Of a stretch of DNA of 64,000 bases, positions 1-8,036 are shown one piece after another. Source of the DNA: a virus. Position numbers and translations under genes: made by a program. The stretch's first letter is position 1. Each line of letters opens with the position of its first letter. The notes under the pieces are model-generated. The model did not search any database. It was not told the origin of the DNA and saw nothing but the letters and a program-made list of their open reading frames with translations. The stretch spans positions 2,630 through 66,629 of the IMG/VR virus record IMGVR_UViG_3300047552_000229; one strand, 5' to 3'.

Positions 1-381
1 ACGGTTACCGGCCAAGAAGATGTTCCAACCATCTGGGAGAGTGTAATCACCAAGCTTCCGATCAAGAACCAACTGATACATGGCGGCTTGGATTGATTGT
101 GGTGCACTGTTTGCCTCATCGAAGAATAAGATGCCTGAACCGGATTTAGGGAGGAAGTCAGGTGTCTTCCATACTGTCGTGTTGCCAGATACAACCGGGA
201 TACCGCGAAGGTCTACCGGGTCAAGTTGACTGAGTCGTACGTCAATCAGGCCTACATTTAGGTCCTTAGCTACATTGCGTACAACTTCTGATTTACCCAC
301 GCCAACAGGTCCGTGAATAAACAACGGCCTTTTGATTCTGTAGAATTTCTTGACGAGGTTGGCTACTCCTGATGCTTTCAT
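1..381 (-). CDS. MoxR-like AAA+ ATPase, N-terminal part (runs off the left edge)
   Basis: Not in the ORF track; translated by hand: MKASGVANLVKKFYRIKRPLFIHGPVGVGKSEVV (Walker A)...VRLSQLDPVDLRGIP...GILFFDEANSA (Walker B)...YQLVLDRKLG...LAGNR. SD AAGGAG upstream of the ATG at 381. Confidence 0.88.
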   Translation of the reverse strand, partial: MKASGVANLVKKFYRIKRPLFIHGPVGVGKSEVVRNVAKDLNVGLIDVRLSQLDPVDLRGIPVVSGNTTVWKTPDFLPKSGSGILFFDEANSAPQSIQAAMYQLVLDRKLGDYTLPDGWNIFLAGNR

Positions 382-542
382 TTTGGCTCCTTGTTGAGTT
401 TTATTAAAAATTCGTCGTATTTAGAATCGAACATCTCTATATGCGCTGCTGCCCATTCTTGAAACGCTCTAGATGTTACGAATGAAGGAAATCGTTTGCA
501 GTATGCGTGCATATAATAGATTTCGAGTTCAAACGCATCCAT
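378..542 (-). CDS. small hypothetical protein (54 aa)
   Basis: Hand translation MDAFELEIYYMHAYCKRF...KLNKEPK*; fills the gap exactly, with an ATGA overlap onto the ATPase start. Confidence 0.6.
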   Translation of the reverse strand: MDAFELEIYYMHAYCKRFPSFVTSRAFQEWAAAHIEMFDSKYDEFLIKLNKEPK

Positions 543-544
543 AA

Positions 545-829
545 TTAATTAGGAAGAATGATCTTGCTGTGCGCTTCGAACTTGTCCTTCGCATAGTCGA
601 ACATCTCGTTGACCCATGCTTCATCTTCGTTGAGACGCATGAGGCAGGCTACGAGTACGATCTGCTGCGGGGACATGTCTGTATCGTCTGACACGCTAGG
701 CATGATGATGCCAAACTCACGAGTCTCGCTGTCATAGATCAGTGCAGTCTGCGACGTAGCGAGAGCCGTCTGGTTGGTCATGTCTTCCTGCCCGCAGGAC
801 GGACAGGTGCCTTCGAATTTTTCAGTCAT
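545..829 (-). CDS. hypothetical protein
   Basis: 94-aa ORF in the packed minus-strand operon; SD AAGGA; N-terminal CPSC. Confidence 0.7.
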   Translation of the reverse strand: MTEKFEGTCPSCGQEDMTNQTALATSQTALIYDSETREFGIIMPSVSDDTDMSPQQIVLVACLMRLNEDEAWVNEMFDYAKDKFEAHSKIILPN

Positions 830-1091
830 TATCTTGTTCCTTAAAGTTGTGTTCTAGTAAGACAGCAACGGCTTCGCCATACTTAACAACTCGTTGAGTA
901 TGGTAGAAGCCGATGCGGGAGGGGGATGTTACGGTTTGCTGATTGAACTTCTTATCTGCGTGAGCTTGAAGCATCTTGTGCTCATGCTCACAAGTGATGC
1001 ATATTTTGGATTCAGGGCGAAATTCGTTCTCGCTCTTGCACCTCGGACAATACCGCCACTCGTCCATGTTCGTATCCTTCCTTGTAGACAT
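822..1091 (-). CDS. hypothetical Zn-finger protein
   Basis: CPRC...CITC pairs; overlaps the neighbour; start could be the internal Met after AAGGA. Confidence 0.65.
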   Translation of the reverse strand: MSTRKDTNMDEWRYCPRCKSENEFRPESKICITCEHEHKMLQAHADKKFNQQTVTSPSRIGFYHTQRVVKYGEAVAVLLEHNFKEQDND

Positions 1092-1171
1092 GCTTCATTG
1101 CGTAGAACAACGCACTGTCCAAGGACCCACGTGGATGATCTTGCATAAAGCTCGCCATGATCTGACGAATC

Positions 1172-1540
1172 TCATTCAGGTCTAACACAATAGCCTCCTA
1201 GCCAGTTAGTTGCTTTGGGTACTTCATTGGGTGCGCAAGAATTGCGGCGTACCTTGGGTACACCTGCGTTCTCGTTCTCTTTGCGGACCAAAGGCTTGAC
1301 TGTTGAGCCAGTGCCTAGTGTCCAGTAGTAGACGATGCCACCATTCTTTCTGTTGCTACGTCCCTTGCGCTTGACGAGCTTCTTCTGCTCTAGCTGTGCA
1401 AGGTTCCAGTTCACAGACTGGCGAGTGACGCCGATGATCTCGGCCATTTCACTGCTTGTCAGTACGTCTGTACTCAGTAGATACAGAATCCTGTCCTTGG
1501 GAGAGAGTCCCTCCAAGTTCGTGTATGTTTCCATGTCCAT
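1172..1540 (-). CDS. winged helix-turn-helix DNA-binding protein
   Basis: KDRILYLLS...LTSSEMAEIIGVTRQSVNWNLAQLEQKKLVKR is a typical wHTH pattern. Confidence 0.8.
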   Translation of the reverse strand: MDMETYTNLEGLSPKDRILYLLSTDVLTSSEMAEIIGVTRQSVNWNLAQLEQKKLVKRKGRSNRKNGGIVYYWTLGTGSTVKPLVRKENENAGVPKVRRNSCAPNEVPKATNWLGGYCVRPE

Positions 1541-1676
1541 CTTTGATTATTACCGTGCAAAGTTCTATGGTAGGTCGCATATATCGACCCGTCAAATATC
1601 CTACTGCGAGGCAGATGAGGACGATGCTTGTGAAGATACTACAGGCGAATACTGAGTCTGAATGTCGGCACGCCAT
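1449..1676 (-). CDS. small membrane protein
   Basis: Hydrophobic segment VFACSIFTSIVLICLAVGYL; GGAGG upstream. Confidence 0.5.
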   Translation of the reverse strand: MACRHSDSVFACSIFTSIVLICLAVGYLTGRYMRPTIELCTVIIKDGHGNIHELGGTLSQGQDSVSTEYRRTDKQ

Positions 1677-1792
1677 ATCGAACCTCCGGGTCTTGATCGT
1701 AGGTACAGCACAGATTTAATCCATTCACGTTGGTTGTGTCTGGATGTGGGATGGTTTTTGATTGCTCTACGGAGCAGGGTGAATTGACTCAT
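1601..1792 (-). CDS. hypothetical protein
   Basis: Start moved to MSQFTLLRR at 1792, after SD AAGGAGA. Confidence 0.5.
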   Translation of the reverse strand: MSQFTLLRRAIKNHPTSRHNQREWIKSVLYLRSRPGGSIWRADIQTQYSPVVSSQASSSSASQ

Positions 1793-1985
1793 CTGGTTTC
1801 TCCTTGAGAAAATGGCTTGATACCCACAAGGGTGAGCCGCAGTCGTGAAATACCCAGTACCTTGGTGGGTTACCGTGGTCTTTGGAAACAATCTCAGCGT
1901 CTATCCACTTGTCAGTACGGATGGGACTGGCGAACAGAGGCGCTGTGTTGAGTAGGACTTCTTCACCGACTTTGAAATGTCTCAT
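1767..1985 (-). CDS. hypothetical protein (small beta domain)
   Basis: FKVGEEV N-terminus; ATGA overlap with the upstream gene. Confidence 0.65.
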   Translation of the reverse strand: MRHFKVGEEVLLNTAPLFASPIRTDKWIDAEIVSKDHGNPPRYWVFHDCGSPLWVSSHFLKEKPDESIHPAP

Positions 1986-2194
1986 TTCACACCAAGCGCA
2001 GTCTGTGCTTCAGTTACCATACGTTTTGCATAGGCACTAGCAACGGCAACGATTGCGGCGCGGTTCTCTGTTACGGCTTCCTTAACCAGTTTGCGAATCT
2101 CTTTGCCGATCTCTTCTTCGATTGCGGTCTTAATTGCGGCAGAGATGGTTTCTTCGTATGTCCACTCTTCGTCTAAATCTATTGTCAGTTTCAT
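1982..2194 (-). CDS. hypothetical protein
   Basis: SD AAGGAG; ATGA overlaps on both sides. Confidence 0.75.
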   Translation of the reverse strand: MKLTIDLDEEWTYEETISAAIKTAIEEEIGKEIRKLVKEAVTENRAAIVAVASAYAKRMVTEAQTALGVK

Positions 2195-2754
2195 TTCAGT
2201 ATCTCCTTTGCCTTTTCAATCGCCTTTACCATAAGCTCCCATTTCAAACCATTGTCCCACTCATCAATAATCTCACGGAGCATTGCTTCTCGTTCGTGCA
2301 ATCGTTTCTGAAGGTAATCTACAAACTCACGGTTAAAGTCCGATGGCGTTGCCAACTTGCTCATCTTCTCTTGGTGCGCTTCCAGTTCCGCTACCTTGGA
2401 GTGGAGTTCTTCCGCCTCAATTTGATACTTCGTCCTAGCGGCGTCATGACCTTTAGCGCACTCGGTCATTGCTTGAAGGTCGCCTTCCAACTCCTTCACC
2501 TTGGCGCGGAGTATCGCCTGCTGTTCAGATGCAACACTCATGCAGTCTTTGTTTGCCTGATATATCAACTCGTTCTCTGCTTCCAGTTCCGCCACCTTGT
2601 CGCGGAGCTTGATGATTTCCGCTACCAGTTCCGTTATGTATCGCTCCCGCTCTGTAATGTACTCACGCAGTTCCGCGACCTTGGCGCGGAGGGATTCGTT
2701 CTCATCGCCAAGTGCTTTCACCTCTGCGGTAAGCATGATCACTTTGTTTGTCAT
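2191..2754 (-). CDS. coiled-coil protein with four (A/D/S)KV(A/K)EL(E/R) modules
   Basis: LRAKVAELRE, LRDKVAELEA, LRAKVKELEG, LHSKVAELEA; the repeats are also visible in the DNA. Confidence 0.75.
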   Translation of the reverse strand: MTNKVIMLTAEVKALGDENESLRAKVAELREYITERERYITELVAEIIKLRDKVAELEAENELIYQANKDCMSVASEQQAILRAKVKELEGDLQAMTECAKGHDAARTKYQIEAEELHSKVAELEAHQEKMSKLATPSDFNREFVDYLQKRLHEREAMLREIIDEWDNGLKWELMVKAIEKAKEILK

Positions 2755-3434
2755 ATTTGACTCGCATCTGTGTATAAGAACCTAGTTCGAATAGTCTCCC
2801 GCTTGAAGGGAGCCTTGGTACCGACGAGCATATTTACTTCAGGAATTTTCAGCCCTGCTGCATAGGCTGAAGGGACGACGCCATTCTTCATAGCCACTCG
2901 CATGTCCTGTATGGCTAGCTCTTCTGCAAAGTATGAATTAGGACTAAGTTTAGCAATAAATTTACCTGCTGCAAGGGCTTCCTTGAAGTATGCCTTTTCA
3001 TCTACTGTCATAGTCACAGGCTTGGAGTATCTACAAGCAAAGCCAATAGGCAGGGCTTCTTCATTGGCCCAGTACACAGGGTACCCTTGTAGATTCATAG
3101 GGATGTACTGTCGTTCAGGTATGTCACTGCCACGCGTAGAGACAATCACGCCTTTGTGTACGTCATGGGCGAAGTATTGAATCTTGGGAATACCAAGCCA
3201 CGAGTCTTTCAGCAGGCCGTCCTCTTTGGAGTACAGTTTCTTGGCCTCAGAAGATGAGATCAAAGAAATACCTGAGCCTGTGTATAATCTGCGATCACAA
3301 GGGTCAGTTTCACGCGCTGTACAGACCATCGAGCCATTAACAAAGCGGACGAAATAACCATCAAAGTGGTAATAGAACTGCCCGTACTGATCGATACGGG
3401 CTTTGTTCCTGTCGAAGTATTCACCATACTTCAT
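2751..3434 (-). CDS. hypothetical protein (227 aa)
   Basis: SD GGAGG; ATGA overlap with the downstream gene. Confidence 0.75.
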   Translation of the reverse strand: MKYGEYFDRNKARIDQYGQFYYHFDGYFVRFVNGSMVCTARETDPCDRRLYTGSGISLISSSEAKKLYSKEDGLLKDSWLGIPKIQYFAHDVHKGVIVSTRGSDIPERQYIPMNLQGYPVYWANEEALPIGFACRYSKPVTMTVDEKAYFKEALAAGKFIAKLSPNSYFAEELAIQDMRVAMKNGVVPSAYAAGLKIPEVNMLVGTKAPFKRETIRTRFLYTDASQI

Positions 3435-3456
3435 TCCAGACCTCCAGTCTTAGGTG

Positions 3457-4476
3457 TCATGATATGTGCACCGTCCCATCTGGACTGATGGTGATTCTGG
3501 GCTTGCTACTAACTTCTTGAGGATACTGAAGCTCTTCAATGCGCTTCTCAAGAGAGATAACACGCAGGAGTAATTCAGATAATGATGTTACTTCTGCCGG
3601 TTCCTCGATGGGTGGGGCTGAGTCGTAGAATACTGGAATGGGCGATGGCATTTGATGCCCCTTCTCATTTATATAGATAGTCTCGGATTTACCACGAGAT
3701 GTGTTCTTGTGATACTTAAACTGGAACGGTGTACCTTTGGGTGCATCAAGTACATCGACTAGCCCCCTACGTACGACCTTCTGCATGTGGTACTTAACGC
3801 CAGACGGTGTAAGGTCCATAACCGAAGCAAGTTCATACAGCGTAAAACTCTTGCTCCAATTGTCGATGAGGTACTGAAGCAGTTGTTCTGTTTTGTTTGC
3901 CACGGTTATGTCTCCTTTGGTCATTTCGCTGCCGGTGTCTTCTCGCCCGCACGTCTCTGGCTGTCCACTGTGTGTGCCACTGTGTCTGCGTAGCGTGCCA
4001 TCGAGCGATGCTTGCGTGATTCCCCCGGAGTCAACTCCGGCTTGGTTGTCAGGATGTTGAATTGCTTCAGTATTTCTTTCTGCATTTGCGTTAACATTGG
4101 ATAGGCTCCTTAGTTTGTTGTGGATAGATAAAACACGATTTGCTTCTACGACTACTTTAAGTAGCTCTTGTTGTTGTTCTTTCTTTTTCTGGGCGTAATA
4201 GCGATTTGTTTGTTTTTTGTATTCTTCGACTGTTATACCTAGAGACTGCGCCTTCTTCTCCATATAGCGTTTATCCGCAGCCTTGCTCTTTTCTTTGGCA
4301 ATAGCTATTAGCTCTGGAGTTGCTCGTTTCCGTTCTCTGTATGCTGCATTGCGCTCTCTCAATCGTTCTTTTTGTTGAGGAGTCATTTTTGCGTACATTG
4401 TCGCTCTGTATTTTCTCCTACGAGCCTTTCCTGCTTCGGATTGCTCGTACGCTTTATAGTATGCTCTACTGCTCAC
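3457..4476 (-). CDS. basic helical N-terminal region fused in frame to a C-terminal winged-HTH domain
   Basis: Probable GTG start at 4476 after GGAGGTGATC; wHTH EQLLQYLID...FTLYELASVMDLTPSGVKYHMQKVVRRGLV; internal AAAGGAG plus GTG at 3903 could express the wHTH alone. Confidence 0.65.
   Translation of the reverse strand: MSSRAYYKAYEQSEAGKARRRKYRATMYAKMTPQQKERLRERNAAYRERKRATPELIAIAKEKSKAADKRYMEKKAQSLGITVEEYKKQTNRYYAQKKKEQQQELLKVVVEANRVLSIHNKLRSLSNVNANAERNTEAIQHPDNQAGVDSGGITQASLDGTLRRHSGTHSGQPETCGREDTGSEMTKGDITVANKTEQLLQYLIDNWSKSFTLYELASVMDLTPSGVKYHMQKVVRRGLVDVLDAPKGTPFQFKYHKNTSRGKSETIYINEKGHQMPSPIPVFYDSAPPIEEPAEVTSLSELLLRVISLEKRIEELQYPQEVSSKPRITISPDGTVHIS
3921..4097 (-). CDS. nested out-of-frame small protein (58 aa)
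   Basis: TAAGGAG-8nt-ATG; MLTQMQKEILKQFNILTTKPELTPGESRKHRSMARYADTVAHTVDSQRRAGEKTPAAK*. Confidence 0.45.
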   Translation of the reverse strand: MLTQMQKEILKQFNILTTKPELTPGESRKHRSMARYADTVAHTVDSQRRAGEKTPAAK

Positions 4477-4478
4477 GA

Positions 4479-4673
4479 TCACCTCCGAATAAGGTGGGGG
4501 CAGGATGCGCATGGAGTCACATCCGATCGACTGCTAGGAGTCAGCCCAGCCCCCTGTAAAAAGTTTAGTCGTTCTTCACGAATCATTCGAAGAATTGCTA
4601 TTCTTCTGTTCAGATCGTTTAACTGCAAATATGTATTGGTATGTAAATTCACGAAGGCATTCGTACTTAGCAT
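4479..4673 (-). CDS. hypothetical protein
   Basis: SD AAGGAG upstream; AT-rich. Confidence 0.5.
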   Translation of the reverse strand: MLSTNAFVNLHTNTYLQLNDLNRRIAILRMIREERLNFLQGAGLTPSSRSDVTPCASCPHLIRR

Positions 4674-4938
4674 AACTTAATGACTCCTTCCATCGCTTAA
4701 ACACCCCTAAATTAACTACATCGCCATTAGTTTGGATAGCAAAGTTCCAGAATAACGCTTGATGCATAGGGGATAACTTGTTAAATATGGTAGATAGTAT
4801 CTGTTGCGTCTCTAGTAGTACTTGTGCGCGATACTTAATGCGGTCATACGTTTCTTTTAACTGCTCATGATCATTAGTTAGATGTTCAAGCTCACTTTGG
4901 AGCCTGTTAAGCCGATGCCGCAATTCTTTTTTCTTCAT
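4576..4938 (-). CDS. hypothetical coiled-coil protein
   Basis: SD TAAGGAG; heptad-like N-terminus. Confidence 0.7.
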   Translation of the reverse strand: MKKKELRHRLNRLQSELEHLTNDHEQLKETYDRIKYRAQVLLETQQILSTIFNKLSPMHQALFWNFAIQTNGDVVNLGVFKRWKESLSYAKYECLREFTYQYIFAVKRSEQKNSNSSNDS

Positions 4939-5061
4939 GATAGCTCCTTAGTGGAATGTCCTGCTTACCGCTTTTGCAGGATGCACCTTATCCAAGATGA
5001 GTTGGAGGTTGTTCGTCCACTCATGTGCACGGCAGGCCCGCCTCACTGCTGTCCTGTAGCG

Positions 5062-5277
5062 TTAGAGTCCTTTGGCTATTGCATCGCCTAGAATCTTGTA
5101 CATTATTGCTTGGAGTTGTTCATCGAACGAAGTATCGTTCTTACGAATGCCGAGCTTGATCTTAAGCTCGTTGAATGTGTACGATTTACCTTCAGCATTT
5201 ACTGCTGCGACGATGCGCTTGGCGTTGGGCAGTGCACGTTGCACTGCCTCTTCATACTTCTGTTGCTTGGTCTTCAT
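5062..5277 (-). CDS. hypothetical protein
   Basis: SD GGAG; 71 aa. Confidence 0.7.
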   Translation of the reverse strand: MKTKQQKYEEAVQRALPNAKRIVAAVNAEGKSYTFNELKIKLGIRKNDTSFDEQLQAIMYKILGDAIAKGL

Positions 5278-5428
5278 AATGTCTCCGATCTCGATTAGAT
5301 TTTCTCAGACTGCGGTTGTGCGGACCGCCCTTGTGGCGGCGCAATTGCGCGGATAAGACGGCGGCGGCTGCCTCGTGGTACGTGTCCGTCTTTGGCTTTT
5401 CTCTTGCGGAACTCTTCATTTTTGTCCC

Positions 5429-5824
5429 TCACAGTTCCTCCAATTTGTTCATAAAGATTCTCAACATGTCTCCTAGGTCGGAGCCGCCGAGAATTGTAGT
5501 CTCGATCAGAGCTTCGCGCATCTCTGCAATCTTCACTTGAGCGAGTTCCACTCGCTCGATCTCGTTCAAGAACTTGCGAAGTTCTGGGTTCTTGGATTTA
5601 CGCACGCATGACTCAACATACTGAACGATATCTGATGAGTTATTGATGCGGTACGGCTGTTGACGCCAACCACGTGCAAGCTTGACGATGATTGGGTCCT
5701 TGATAGTTACCGTGAGACTAATATCGTCTTTGGTATTAACAGACATGTCTTGAATCTTGTTATGCGCTGCCTGATCGAACTTGCGAAGGATGTATTCCCT
5801 CTGTTCTTTCGTTACCCTAGCCAT
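5429..5824 (-). CDS. hypothetical protein
   Basis: SD AAGGA; 131 aa. Confidence 0.75.
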   Translation of the reverse strand: MARVTKEQREYILRKFDQAAHNKIQDMSVNTKDDISLTVTIKDPIIVKLARGWRQQPYRINNSSDIVQYVESCVRKSKNPELRKFLNEIERVELAQVKIAEMREALIETTILGGSDLGDMLRIFMNKLEEL

Positions 5825-5911
5825 GATGTCGGCTTCCTTTCGAATGTAATGTGATACTTGTTGTAGATATGGGCTATCGAGAACTGAAGTTCCCGCATCT
5901 CATAGGTCCAT

Positions 5912-6208
5912 CTAGCGGCTTTGATATCGGTATACATTTAGTAGTCCCTTTATATATACGCCGTTCTCCTTATAGCCCCACATTTTACGCAGGGCTTGGA
6001 ATGCGCCTGATCCAAGCAGGGCTGTGATTGTGGCTACAGCCATACCAGAAAAGGTGCCCCAGTGAATCCAGTACATGAGGATCGTGAAGAGCAAATCCGC
6101 GATGAACAGATTGCTCGTGATACTCAATAGAATCCACGGGGGCATCCGGGATAAGATGATGAACAGACCGATGACGCCTCCTACTGATAGCAGCAGGAAG
6201 TCACCCAT
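5912..6208 (-). CDS. small multi-pass membrane protein
   Basis: About three hydrophobic segments in 98 aa. Confidence 0.75.
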   Translation of the reverse strand: MGDFLLLSVGGVIGLFIILSRMPPWILLSITSNLFIADLLFTILMYWIHWGTFSGMAVATITALLGSGAFQALRKMWGYKENGVYIKGLLNVYRYQSR

Positions 6209-6210
6209 GA

Positions 6211-6468
6211 TCAGATCGCTCCGGATTTGATGAGACGATCAAGAACATCTTGCTTGGCCGCTTCGACCATGACAGGATGCATGTCTGCGTGAACAGCAAG
6301 CGTTGCCTGTACGTTCGTAGCAACCAAATGAGTTGCTGCAATGAATCCCATCTTGGGAGTTTCAGGCTCAACTGCTTTCACAGATTCGCCCTTGATTGCA
6401 GCTACTCTTTCGGCATACGTAGCGTATGTGATTTCAGGGGTAGTCACTTCTTTGGTGTTAGCCTTCAT
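6211..6468 (-). CDS. early protein family A, copy 2
   Basis: C-terminal ATHLVATNVQATLAVHADMHPVMVEAAKQDVLDRL aligns with 10312..10551; SD TAAGGAGA. Confidence 0.8.
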   Translation of the reverse strand: MKANTKEVTTPEITYATYAERVAAIKGESVKAVEPETPKMGFIAATHLVATNVQATLAVHADMHPVMVEAAKQDVLDRLIKSGAI

Positions 6469-6509
6469 GATATTCTCCTTACGATTATGTCCATATGGAC
6501 GATAGTGGA

Positions 6510-7259
6510 TTAAGCTGCAAGTGCAGCGACATCCGGGTTGATGTTGACGTATCCGCCTGCCATGAGTCGTTCCTTACTGAACTCAATGCTCTTGGCACAT
6601 GCTGCTTTGACGTATCCGTCGAGGTCCCAACCGAGGTTAGCCACGGTTGTTTCCAATTCCTGAGCCAGATCAGCCAAGTCCAACTGGCGACACTGCTCAT
6701 AGTCCAACTTCCAGTTGGGGATAAGCGCTACGCGATCACGCAATGCTTGCTGTGCATCATCTGCTGCCTTTTGCGCATTTACTTCTTTCGCGGATTCCAA
6801 CTGAGTATCGGTCATATGCCCGTTGATCTTCAGCACATTCATCTGTGTCAATGCATGGTCATTGGATGACGTAGCACGGAAGTTAACCGCGTCGACCAAC
6901 ACAGTACCAACAGTGCTGATGTGTGGTCGGCCAGACACATTCGATGCACCGGCGAGCCATGCGTGGGGCTTTGATTTGCGGCCCTGATCATCAGCTTCAG
7001 TGATATCGCTGAGATCGCGCAGTGCGCTAGTGCATAAATTGACTGCGTGAACAGCAACCTCCGGGTTGATGTCCTTGATTTCAGGCTCATCACCAACGCT
7101 GAGCAAAGCCTTCAGTTCATCGTCAAGTTCCTTAACGGGACGCAACTTAGCACTGAGTGCACGGTTGAGATCAAGACCCGCGTCAAAAGCTACTTGACGC
7201 AAGACTGTGATGGCTACTTCCTCGCCATATACGCGAGATACTGCATCTTTCAAGTTCAT
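6510..7259 (-). CDS. early protein family B, copy 2 (249 aa)
   Basis: Aligns with 8037..8798 (TEADDQGRKSKPHAWLA; RLMAGGYVNINPDVAALA); SD AAGGAG. Confidence 0.85.
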   Translation of the reverse strand: MNLKDAVSRVYGEEVAITVLRQVAFDAGLDLNRALSAKLRPVKELDDELKALLSVGDEPEIKDINPEVAVHAVNLCTSALRDLSDITEADDQGRKSKPHAWLAGASNVSGRPHISTVGTVLVDAVNFRATSSNDHALTQMNVLKINGHMTDTQLESAKEVNAQKAADDAQQALRDRVALIPNWKLDYEQCRQLDLADLAQELETTVANLGWDLDGYVKAACAKSIEFSKERLMAGGYVNINPDVAALAA

Positions 7260-7315
7260 GGTAAATCTCCTTCTAAGATTTCAGTTATAGGCATATGCCT
7301 GATAATGTGACGCTA

Positions 7316-7546
7316 CTAAGGGTTTTGAGTGAGGTGCGTCCAACCCCACCCAAATTCGGAGTCTTTATAGACCCGGAATACATAAGAGTTAATCGAGACG
7401 ATGTGCTTATTAGCAACTTTGTCACGAGTAAGTGTGTATGGCATACGAAGTCGATCCACTATCTGAGCGATAGTTGGGTTTTCGTCAAATTCCATGCACG
7501 CATTGCCAATTGCGCGGGATAATTCGTCTTCTTCATAGATATTCAC
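7316..7546 (-). CDS. hypothetical protein
   Basis: GTG start after AAGGAG. Confidence 0.65.
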   Translation of the reverse strand: MNIYEEDELSRAIGNACMEFDENPTIAQIVDRLRMPYTLTRDKVANKHIVSINSYVFRVYKDSEFGWGWTHLTQNP

Positions 7547-7751
7547 GTAATTGCTCCTTTGTCATAAATCCGAGTTGATGTTGCTCAAGTGCTTCGAGCA
7601 ACTGAAGCGCTGCGATGTGATCCTCAGCAGAGGCCGAAGTGAGTCCTTCGATAGCAGCGTCGCCGTGCCAATCAGCAGGCAAGTCTTCGATAACCTGCTC
7701 CACTTCGAGCAGTACGCAGGCTTGGTTATCGGTATAAGAGACAGGTTTCAT
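7533..7751 (-). CDS. hypothetical acidic protein
   Basis: Start moved to MKPVSY at 7751, after GGAGG. Confidence 0.65.
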   Translation of the reverse strand: MKPVSYTDNQACVLLEVEQVIEDLPADWHGDAAIEGLTSASAEDHIAALQLLEALEQHQLGFMTKEQLREYL

Positions 7752-7966
7752 ATGTACCTCCATGTACATTGGTGAGAGAAGAGTCATTTCACAGTGTTCC
7801 TAGGCACTGAGAGGCATTAATAAGGCCTATATATGTATATAGGACTCTGAGAGATGGAAGTGCATAACGCGTAGCGTGTACCCGCAAGCGGGTGCAGTAC
7901 TATGCGCTATGAGAGACAACTAACCGCGTAAGCGGTGGAAGAGATGGTAAAGCATACTACCCATCG

Positions 7967-7998
7967 AAAAGCCTACTACGATGTTCTGTAATAGGCTT
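7967..7998 (-). terminator. probable intrinsic terminator downstream of 8037..8798
   Basis: Minus strand AAGCCTATTAC-AGAACATC-GTAGTAGGCTT-TT; one G-U pair supports the minus-strand RNA; short U tract. Confidence 0.55.
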
Positions 7999-8036
7999 CG
8001 TGCTAGGTATTACTTACTACACGATATATTTCTATA

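Noticed and set aside
4947-5064. Stop-codon readthrough or recoding: the frame stays open 37 codons past the TAA of 5062..5277
   Set aside because: More simply a separate 32-aa GTG-start ORF with AGGA upstream; all three stops end genes normally elsewhere and core genes are uninterrupted.
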